Below are positions 27,690-35,246 of a DNA stretch of 64,000 nucleotides, one piece after another (the stretch's first letter is position 1; every line of letters begins with the position of its first letter). The stretch is from the NCBI GenBank assembly GCA_964449815.1, contig CAYVGC010000002.1, positions 7 to 64,006 of the forward strand, read 5' to 3'. The stretch comes from an uncultured Bifidobacteriaceae bacterium (GTDB taxonomy: Bacteria; Verrucomicrobiota; Verrucomicrobiia; Limisphaerales; UBA11358). A program made the position numbers and the translations under genes. The notes beneath the pieces were generated by a model. The model searched no databases, had not been told where the DNA came from, and saw only the letters and a list, made by a program, of their open reading frames with translations.

Positions 27690-28799
27690 ATGCACGAACT
27701 CACGAAAACCGAACAGTTCACTTTGGTTGAAGACGCCGTTAAAACCGGCATTGCGCCGGCGGAAATTGCCGCCGCGTTCAACGAGTTGACCGCGCTGCGC
27801 CAGGAATTGAAAAAACTTGGCGAGCCGGAAAGTTATTACCTCAAAGCGATGAACTGCCCGCATCATCACCGCATTTTTGCGGCGGAACCGCGCAGTTACC
27901 GCGATCTGCCGTTGCGGCTGGCCGAATACGGCACCTGCTACCGCTACGAGCAGTCGGGCGAATTGTTCGGCCTCATGCGCGTCCGCTCGCTCAACATGAA
28001 CGACGCGCACATCTATTGCACGCCGGAGCAGTTCGCCGCCGAGTTCAACGCCGTCAACGAAATGTATCTGAAGTATTTCAAGATTTTCGGCATCGAGAAA
28101 TACGTCATGCGCTTCAGCACGCACGACCCGTCGCGCCTGACCGGCGACAACGCCAAGTTCGTCAACGAGCCGGAATTGTGGAAGCAGACGGAAGACCTGG
28201 TCCGCAAGGTCTTGATTGATTCGAAGATTCCCTACGTGGAGGTGCCGAACGAGGCGGCGTTTTACGGGCCGAAGATTGACGTGCAGGTCTGGAGCGTCAT
28301 CGGCCGCGAATTCACGCTGGCGACCAACCAGGTGGACTTCGCCGTGCCGCGCCGGTTCGGCCTGGTCTATCGCGACAAGGACAACACGGACAAGACGCCG
28401 CTGTGCATCCATCGCGCGCCGCTCGGCACGCACGAGCGGTTCATCGGCTTCCTCATCGAGCATTACGCCGGCAACTTCCCGCTCTGGCTCGCGCCGGAGC
28501 AGGTGCGCGTGATGACCATCGGCGAGGAGGAGCCGCTGGTGAATTACGCCAAGGCCATCGTGAATGAATTGCGCGCGAATTTCGTCCGCTGCGAATCGGA
28601 TTTTTCGTCGAACAAAATCAACGGGAAAATTCAGGAAGCGGAGCAGGCGAAAGTCCACACGATGCTCGTCATCGGCGGCCGCGACATGGACGCCGGGAAT
28701 GTTTCCGTCCGCCTGCACGGCAAGGGCAACATCGGCGCGAAGCCGAAGGGCGAAGTGGTTGCGGAGATTCTGGCGAAGATCAAAGAGCGGCGCATCTGA
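27690..28799 (+). CDS. thrS: threonyl-tRNA synthetase, C-terminal fragment (zinc site, motifs 2 and 3, anticodon-binding domain)
   Basis: A 46-aa helical head is followed by ESYYLKAMNCPHHHRIF...RSYRDLPLRLAEYGTCYRYEQSGEL...RVRSLNMNDAHIYC...FYGPKIDV...IHRAPLGTHERFIGFLIEHYAGNFPLWLAP. This is colinear with E. coli ThrRS from YCIKPMNCPGH onward. Confidence 0.85.
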   Translation: MHELTKTEQFTLVEDAVKTGIAPAEIAAAFNELTALRQELKKLGEPESYYLKAMNCPHHHRIFAAEPRSYRDLPLRLAEYGTCYRYEQSGELFGLMRVRSLNMNDAHIYCTPEQFAAEFNAVNEMYLKYFKIFGIEKYVMRFSTHDPSRLTGDNAKFVNEPELWKQTEDLVRKVLIDSKIPYVEVPNEAAFYGPKIDVQVWSVIGREFTLATNQVDFAVPRRFGLVYRDKDNTDKTPLCIHRAPLGTHERFIGFLIEHYAGNFPLWLAPEQVRVMTIGEEEPLVNYAKAIVNELRANFVRCESDFSSNKINGKIQEAEQAKVHTMLVIGGRDMDAGNVSVRLHGKGNIGAKPKGEVVAEILAKIKERRI

Positions 28800-28851
28800 A
28801 CGGCGCTGTTTTCCGGCGCTGCTGCGGATGAAGAGTTGAAATAAATTGCGG

Positions 28852-30147
28852 ATGTCCATGCGTGTGAAGCTTGCCTTTCAATTTTTCGCCGGGCTGCTGC
28901 TCGCAACCTCGTCGCCGGCGCAGGATTTTTTGAGCGGCGCGGACCTTTCGCTGTTGCAGTTCTTCGAGGACCGCGGCATCAGCTACCAGTCCAACGGCGT
29001 GACGCAGGACGCCATCGTCCTGCTGAAAAATCGTGGCATCAACTGCGTGCGGCTGCGGCTGTTCACCAGCAGCGCGGCGCAGGCGCAGGCTGATCCCTAC
29101 GATTACACCAACAACCTTGCCTACACGCTGCCGCTGGCGGCGCGCGTGAAAAGCGCGGGGTTGAAGCTGCTGCTGGATTATCATTTCTCGGACACCTGGG
29201 CGGACCCGGCGCATCAGGCGAAACCGGCGGCGTGGGCGAATCTGTCCTCCGCACAGTTGCCGGCACAGCTTCGCAGTTATTGCAGCAACACCATCGCCGC
29301 GCTCGTCGCGGCGGGCGCGGCGCCGGATTACGTCCAAATCGGCAACGAGATTACCAGCGGCCTGCTGTGGACGGACGGAGAAGTGGGCGGCGCGTATGAA
29401 AATACCAATCAATGGTCGCAGCTCGGCCAGTTGATGAAAGCCGCGATTCAAGGCGTGAAGGACGCAGCGGGCACGACGCCGCCAAAATTCATCGTCCACC
29501 TGGATCGTGGCGGCGACTGGGTGACGACGCAGTGGTTTTTCGATTCGCTCAACGCGCAGTCCGTTCCTTTCGACATTATCGGGCAGAGCTATTATCCGTT
29601 CTGGCAAGGCAGCCTGGATGATTTGCGGAACTGCCTGACGAACACGGTGCAGCGCTACAACAAACCCGTCATCGTGGCGGAAACCGGTTTTCCGTTTGCC
29701 AATTCCACAAACCTGGCTGGCTTTCCCGCGACGACCAATGGACAGGTGAATTTCGTCGGCGCGCTGGCGCAGATTGTGAAAGGACTGCCGGGCCAGAAGG
29801 GCCTGGGAATTTTTTGGTGGGGCGCGGAATACCAGACTTTGAACGGCTACAACCTCGCTGGGTTCGACCAGCGTTCACTTTTCGGTCCGGGCGGCAACAT
29901 GCTGCCGGCGGCGGACGCGCTGGGACAATTGTCCGCGCCCGTGGTGATGAGGGCGCGGCGGACGAACAGCAGCCTGCAGTTGTGCTGGCCGTTGAGCGGC
30001 GCGGGCATGGCGCTGCAGACTGCCACGAATCTGGCATCCGCAAACTGGCAGTCCGACACCGGGCCGGTTCAAAACACGAACGCCGTTTTCAGCGTTCGCC
30101 TGCCGCTGGATGCCGGCGCGCAATTTTACCGGCTGAAATCAAATTGA
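28852..30147 (+). CDS. arabinogalactan endo-beta-1,4-galactanase (GH53) with C-terminal extra domain
   Basis: Signal peptide, then GADLSLLQFFEDRGISY...NCVRLRLF...LDYHFSDTWADP...VQIGNEITSGLLW, which is the GH53 pattern. Confidence 0.8.
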   Translation: MSMRVKLAFQFFAGLLLATSSPAQDFLSGADLSLLQFFEDRGISYQSNGVTQDAIVLLKNRGINCVRLRLFTSSAAQAQADPYDYTNNLAYTLPLAARVKSAGLKLLLDYHFSDTWADPAHQAKPAAWANLSSAQLPAQLRSYCSNTIAALVAAGAAPDYVQIGNEITSGLLWTDGEVGGAYENTNQWSQLGQLMKAAIQGVKDAAGTTPPKFIVHLDRGGDWVTTQWFFDSLNAQSVPFDIIGQSYYPFWQGSLDDLRNCLTNTVQRYNKPVIVAETGFPFANSTNLAGFPATTNGQVNFVGALAQIVKGLPGQKGLGIFWWGAEYQTLNGYNLAGFDQRSLFGPGGNMLPAADALGQLSAPVVMRARRTNSSLQLCWPLSGAGMALQTATNLASANWQSDTGPVQNTNAVFSVRLPLDAGAQFYRLKSN

Positions 30148-30320
30148 GGCGCTGTTTCATTCCGCATCGGGAAAAATGCTCGTCATCGGGCGCGTGCGAC
30201 GGGAAGCCAGAAAGGTTTTCATGCCCGCATCGCCGCGGGCCGTTTCAAAATTCAATTGAGACGGCCCGTATAGCTGGTAGCATTTCCCTTGGACGGCAGT
30301 TTTTCCCCGACAGCCAAAAA

Positions 30321-31124
30321 ATGGATACAATCGAAACTTTGATTCCCGAAGACAGCGGTTCCGCCCCGGCGCTGGAGCCGATGGCCATGGTGGCGCTGGA
30401 CGCGGGCCGGATGCTGATGGAAGCCGGCGCAAGTGCGAACGGCGTGGACGAGATCGTGGCGAAGTTCGCACGCGGCCTCGGCGCGGACCGGGTGGATTTG
30501 CGCATCGGCTACGCGTCGCTGGCCATCACCATCGGCATCGGTCCGAACGGCATCACGCGGATGCGCGAGGTGGGGCATCTCGGCGTGAACCAGCGGCTGG
30601 ACCAGGAATTATGGCGGCTGGCGGACCGGGTGTCGCGCGGCGAACTGACCACCGAGCAGGCGCGCGCGGGGCTCACGCGGCTCGCGACCAAGACGCCGCG
30701 CCACTCCGCCTGGGTGATGGCGGTGGCGGTGGGGCTGGCGTGCGCGGCGTTCGGAAGATTGCTGGGCGTGGACTGGCTGGGCACCGGGCCGGTGTTTCTC
30801 GCGGCCGGCCTCGGACAGTTTGTCCGGCGCGAACTGCTCAAGCGCCATGTGAATGTCTTCATTTGCGCCACGCTGGTTTCGTTTCTAAGCTCGCTGCTCG
30901 GCGGCTTCGGCGCGCGCTGGGCGGGCAGCGGAAAGATTGACATGGCGATGATCGCCTCGATTTTGCTGCTCGTTCCCGGCATTCCTTCGGTGAACGCGCA
31001 AAACGACATTCTGGAGGGCCATCCCACGCTGGGCAGTGCGCGGGCGGTGACGGTGGCGGTGATTTTAATTTTTGCCGCGGCCGGCCTCTGGTTCGGCCAG
31101 GCGCTGCTGGCCGGCTGGCATTAA
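30321..31124 (+). CDS. threonine/serine exporter family protein (ThrE / YjjP-like, DUF1212)
   Basis: AGRMLMEAGASANGVDEIV...RIGYASLAITIG, then TM segments. ATG 30321 is chosen within the longer track ORF. Confidence 0.75.
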   Translation: MDTIETLIPEDSGSAPALEPMAMVALDAGRMLMEAGASANGVDEIVAKFARGLGADRVDLRIGYASLAITIGIGPNGITRMREVGHLGVNQRLDQELWRLADRVSRGELTTEQARAGLTRLATKTPRHSAWVMAVAVGLACAAFGRLLGVDWLGTGPVFLAAGLGQFVRRELLKRHVNVFICATLVSFLSSLLGGFGARWAGSGKIDMAMIASILLLVPGIPSVNAQNDILEGHPTLGSARAVTVAVILIFAAAGLWFGQALLAGWH

Positions 31125-31131
31125 ATCAAAC

Positions 31132-31596
31132 ATGAATTTTTCCTTTCTCCTGCATCAGACGATTTGCGGCGCGATTGCGGCGGCGGGCTTCGGCGTGCTG
31201 TTCAACATCGGTTTCCGCTCGCTGCCATGGTGCGCGGCCAGCGGCGCGGTGGCGCTGGCCGTGCGCACTTATTGTCTGGCGCAGGGCTGGAACCTGGAAG
31301 CGGCGTCCTTCGCCGCCGCGCTCACGGTGGGTGCCGCCGTGCAGGTGCTGCGGGCGCGCACGGACATTTCGCAGAACGCGCTGGACGTGACTGGCTGCAT
31401 CCCGATGGTGCCCGGCAGTTTTGCGGCCAAGGCCATTCTCGGCATGTTCGCGCTCACTTCGAGCAGCACCACGGACGCCTCCGAAACGCTCATCACCGCC
31501 GTCCAGTTCGCCCTGCGCGTGACGTTCACCATCGGGGCTATCGGCACCGGCCTGGCCATCCCCACGCTGCTGCTGCGGGTGCGGGTGACCCGCTGA
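31132..31596 (+). CDS. threonine/serine exporter small subunit (YjjB-like, DUF3815)
   Basis: Polytopic 154-aa protein (GAIAAAGFGVLFNIGFRSL...IPMVPG) immediately downstream of the DUF1212 partner. Confidence 0.7.
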   Translation: MNFSFLLHQTICGAIAAAGFGVLFNIGFRSLPWCAASGAVALAVRTYCLAQGWNLEAASFAAALTVGAAVQVLRARTDISQNALDVTGCIPMVPGSFAAKAILGMFALTSSSTTDASETLITAVQFALRVTFTIGAIGTGLAIPTLLLRVRVTR

Positions 31597-31761
31597 ACGG
31601 GCAAAGGCCAGCCCAGCCGGGCCGGGTGACAGGCGTTGCGGGAGCTGCGACGGACCATGCGGGGAAAAGCCGGTGCCGGCGGCGGTGCCGTCCACCAGCA
31701 CGAAATCCCAGATGAATTTTTTGTCATCCGCCGGATTTTTCTGGCAATCCGTTTGCCGACG

Positions 31762-32787
31762 ATGGATAAACAAGGCATGAAAGCATTTTTTCTGGCGGCA
31801 AGCCTGCTCACCCTCGGTGCGGCCTTGGTGTGCGCGGACGAACCTTACCAGTTCATCAAGGGAATTCCCGTCAGCGGCGACGGCGGCTGGGACTATCTCT
31901 CGGTGGATTCGGCGGCGCAGCGGCTATATGTCTCGCACGGCACGGAGGTTGTCGTGATTGATCTGGCGAAGGATGCGGTGTGCGGCGAAATCACCAACAC
32001 GCCCGGCGTCCACGGCCTCGCGCCCGCTCCGGAACTCGGACGCGGCATGGCCACCTGCGGCCGCGAAAACAAGGCCGCCATCGTGGACCTGAAAACTTTG
32101 GAAACCATCGCCAGGGTGGACACCGGCGCCAATCCCGACGGCATGCTTTACGAACCGGGCCGGCAGGAGTTTTACACCTTCAACGGCCGCGGCGGCTCCG
32201 CCACGGTGATTGATGCAAAGACCGCCAAGGTGATCGCCACGATCCCGCTCGGCGGCAAGCCGGAATTCGCCCAGGCCGATCCCAAGGCCGGTCTGGTGTT
32301 CGACAATCTGGAAGACAAGAGCGAACTCATCGCGATTGACACGAAGAAGCATGAAGTCGTCAGCCGCTGGCCGATTGCGCCCGGCGAAGAGGCGAGCGGC
32401 CTGGCGTTCGACGGAAAAAATCACCGCCTGTTTCTCGGCTGCGGCAACAAGCTGATGGCGATGGTGGACAGCACCAGCGGCAAGGTGCTCGCCACGGTGC
32501 CCATTGGCGGCGGCGTGGACGCGAACGCGTTTGATCCGGGAACGCAGCTCGCCTTCGCCTCCTGCGGTGACGGCACCACGACGATTGCCCACGAAGACGG
32601 GGATGCCTTGACGGTGGTGCAAACTTTGCAAACCGAGCGTGGCGCGCGGACGATGACGATTGATCCGGCGACGCACAAAATTTATCTGGCTTCGGCGAAA
32701 TTTGAAGCGCCGGCGGCAGGCCAGCGTCGCGGACGCATGGCGCCGGGCACCTTCAAAATTCTGGTCTATGGCCTGGTCGCCAAATAA
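31762..32787 (+). CDS. YncE/YVTN-type beta-propeller repeat protein, secreted
   Basis: Signal peptide, then repeated blade motifs (RLYVSHG, ...IDL.T...I..V..G..P.G). ATG 31762 or 31777. Confidence 0.7.
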   Translation: MDKQGMKAFFLAASLLTLGAALVCADEPYQFIKGIPVSGDGGWDYLSVDSAAQRLYVSHGTEVVVIDLAKDAVCGEITNTPGVHGLAPAPELGRGMATCGRENKAAIVDLKTLETIARVDTGANPDGMLYEPGRQEFYTFNGRGGSATVIDAKTAKVIATIPLGGKPEFAQADPKAGLVFDNLEDKSELIAIDTKKHEVVSRWPIAPGEEASGLAFDGKNHRLFLGCGNKLMAMVDSTSGKVLATVPIGGGVDANAFDPGTQLAFASCGDGTTTIAHEDGDALTVVQTLQTERGARTMTIDPATHKIYLASAKFEAPAAGQRRGRMAPGTFKILVYGLVAK

Positions 32788-32796
32788 ACCGGCCAC

Positions 32797-34227
32797 GTGA
32801 CTGCCAGCCTGAAAATTTGGCCGCTGCTGGGGGGAATCATTGCCGGCGCGGGCTGCGCGCATTTTGAGCCGCAGCCGCTTTTGCCCGCGCAAACCGCCGC
32901 GCAGTTTGACGCGCGCCGGCTCGACGATCCCGGCCTGGAAAAATTTCTCGCCCAAAACCTCGGCCACGCGCTGCCTGGCTGGCCGCTGGAGCAGTGGGAT
33001 TTGAATTCGCTCACGCTCGCCGCGTTTTATTTTCACCCCGGCCTCGAAGTCGCCCGCGCGCAATGGCGCGTCGCGCAGGCCGGCGCGCTGACGGCGGGGG
33101 CGCGGCCGAACCCGTCCGTGTCCGTGTCGCCCGGCTACGACACGCAGATTCCCGGCAACTACAGTCCGTGGCTCATTCCGGCGACGTTTGACGTGCCCGT
33201 GGAAACCGCCGGCAAGCGCGGCAAGCGTGTCGCCGAGGCCGAGAAGGCCGCCGAGTCCGCGCGCTGGAGTTTTGTTTCGGTCGCGTGGCAGATTCGCAGC
33301 GGCGTGCGCGCGAGCCTGCTGGATTTCAGCCTGGCCGGCCGCCGCGCCGAACTGCTGCAAAAACAGTTCGCCGCGCAGACGGAAATTGCAAGGCAGTTGC
33401 AGCAGCGCCTGGACGCCGGGGCCATTTCCCGGCCGGAACTCACCGTTGCGCAGATCGCGCAGAACCGGTCGCAGCTTGATTTGTCCGCCGCGCAGGCCAG
33501 ACGCGCCGAGGCGCGATCGCGGCTGGCGGAAGCGCTCGGCGTCAGCCTCGCCGCGCTGGACGGCATGAACCTGGAATTTGATTTTTCCGCGAACGTGCCG
33601 GACGCCTTGACTGCGGCAGGCGCGCGCGATGCCGCGTTGCGCGGGCGCGCGGACATTCTTGGCGCGCTGGCGGATTATGCGGCGGCGGAGGCCGGCCTGC
33701 GGCTGCAAGTTGCCAAACAATTTCCCGATCTGCATCTCGGCCCCGGTTACGCCTGGAACAACGGCAACGCCGGCGACAACGAATGGATTCTGGGCGCCAC
33801 GCTTGAACTGCCGGTCCTGGATCAAAATCAGGGGCCGATTGCCGAAGCCGAAGCGCGGCGCAAGCTGGCCGCCGCGAAATTCACCGCGTTGCAGGCGCAG
33901 GTCATCGGCGCGATTGACCGCGCGGCCGCCGGCCTGGCAGCGGCGCGCAAGCAATTGCAGGCCGGAGCCCCGGTGCTCGCCGCCGCCGAGCGGCAGCAAA
34001 AATCCGTGGCCGCGCAGGTGCGGGCCGGGTCGGCGGAACGGCTCGATTTGTCCAGCGCGGAAATTGAATTGAATTCCGTCCGGCTTGCCCGGCTCGACGG
34101 CGAGGCGCAACTGCAATCCGCCGTCGGTGCGCTGGAAGATGCGCTGCAAAGTCCGGCGGATTCGCTCGCCGCCACCATCCAAAGAATCTCCTCTGAAAAT
34201 CCAAAAGGAAAGGCATCGCAACCATGA
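32797..34227 (+). CDS. TolC-family outer membrane factor lipoprotein (CzcC-like)
   Basis: Lipobox IIAGAGC. Duplicated coiled OMF repeats. First gene of a three-gene RND operon. Confidence 0.8.
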   Translation: MTASLKIWPLLGGIIAGAGCAHFEPQPLLPAQTAAQFDARRLDDPGLEKFLAQNLGHALPGWPLEQWDLNSLTLAAFYFHPGLEVARAQWRVAQAGALTAGARPNPSVSVSPGYDTQIPGNYSPWLIPATFDVPVETAGKRGKRVAEAEKAAESARWSFVSVAWQIRSGVRASLLDFSLAGRRAELLQKQFAAQTEIARQLQQRLDAGAISRPELTVAQIAQNRSQLDLSAAQARRAEARSRLAEALGVSLAALDGMNLEFDFSANVPDALTAAGARDAALRGRADILGALADYAAAEAGLRLQVAKQFPDLHLGPGYAWNNGNAGDNEWILGATLELPVLDQNQGPIAEAEARRKLAAAKFTALQAQVIGAIDRAAAGLAAARKQLQAGAPVLAAAERQQKSVAAQVRAGSAERLDLSSAEIELNSVRLARLDGEAQLQSAVGALEDALQSPADSLAATIQRISSENPKGKASQP

Positions 34228-35243
34228 AGGCGGCAAATCCGTTTATTTCCGTGCTGGCGATAATTATTTCAGCCGCCATGCTGCCGGGCTGTTCCAAACC
34301 TGCCGGTGACATGACCGCCGCCGCGCCGGAAAAAGCCGGGGCGCAAACCAGGGCCGGCGTGACGGTTGACGCCGCGACGCAGGAACGCCTCGGATTGCAA
34401 ACCGAGACGCCCGCGCCGGCGCAGTGGCAGCCGGAAATGAAAGTTTATGGCCGCGTGCTTGATCCCGCGCCGCTGCTGGATGCGTCCATGGAACTGGGCC
34501 GCGCCGAAATCGCCTGCGACCGTTCGCTGCGGGAGCTTGAGCGCGCGAAACAGTTGAGGGCGGACAACAACATTTCCGACCGCGCATTTCAGGACGCCGC
34601 AACAACTCATTCGCAAAACCGTGCGGCGGCAGAAGCCGTGCTGTTCAAAGTTCAAACCGGCTGGGGCCGGAAAATCGCCGGGATGCTGGGATCCATCGAG
34701 GTTCCGCCCGGCACGCAACGGCAGCCGGACAAATTTCTGGAGGGGCTGCGCGATTCCACGGCGTTGATCCGCGTTGATTTGCCGGCGGGTGAGCGTCTGG
34801 AAGATCAGGGGCAGACCGCGCGCATCATTTCCCTGGCGGAAAACACCACGCCGGTCACGGCGACGTGTTTCGACCTGTTGCCGGTGATGGACCCGCAAAC
34901 GCAGCAGCAGGGGATCTTGTTTTCTGCCGGACAGCCGCCAACCAGCCGCCTCACGCCGGGGGAAGCCGTGACGGCTTTCATCAAAACTCCGGGCAAGCCG
35001 TTCAGCGGCGTGGTGGTGCCGGCCGGCGCGGTGTTGCGGCACGCGGGCAAAGGCTGGGTTTATGTGCAGACGGAGACGAACCAATTTGTGCGGACGGAAA
35101 TTCCGCTCGACCGGCCGGCGGACAACGGCTGGTTTGTTTCGGAAAATTTGTCGGCGACCAACCGCGTCGTGGTGACCGGCGCGCAGACCGTTTTGTCCGC
35201 CGAACTGAGCGGCGGCGGTTTTAACACGGGCCAACGCGATTAG
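34224..35243 (+). CDS. RND efflux periplasmic adaptor (membrane fusion protein)
   Basis: Lipobox-like N-terminus (LPGCS), an alpha-hairpin region and beta-barrel C-terminus. Overlaps the OMF stop and precedes the RND pump gene. Confidence 0.75.
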   Translation: MKAANPFISVLAIIISAAMLPGCSKPAGDMTAAAPEKAGAQTRAGVTVDAATQERLGLQTETPAPAQWQPEMKVYGRVLDPAPLLDASMELGRAEIACDRSLRELERAKQLRADNNISDRAFQDAATTHSQNRAAAEAVLFKVQTGWGRKIAGMLGSIEVPPGTQRQPDKFLEGLRDSTALIRVDLPAGERLEDQGQTARIISLAENTTPVTATCFDLLPVMDPQTQQQGILFSAGQPPTSRLTPGEAVTAFIKTPGKPFSGVVVPAGAVLRHAGKGWVYVQTETNQFVRTEIPLDRPADNGWFVSENLSATNRVVVTGAQTVLSAELSGGGFNTGQRD

Positions 35244-35246
35244 AAA

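Noticed and set aside
23300-27740. Intein or split-intein explanation for the broken thrS
   Set aside because: There is no Cys/Ser/Thr at the N-junction and no HN-Cys/Ser/Thr at the C-junction. There are no intein blocks. The intervening DNA contains independent genes and a stop codon.
31924-34236. 770-aa ORF on the - strand
   Set aside because: It is antisense to the YncE-like and CzcC-like genes, which have clear family signatures.
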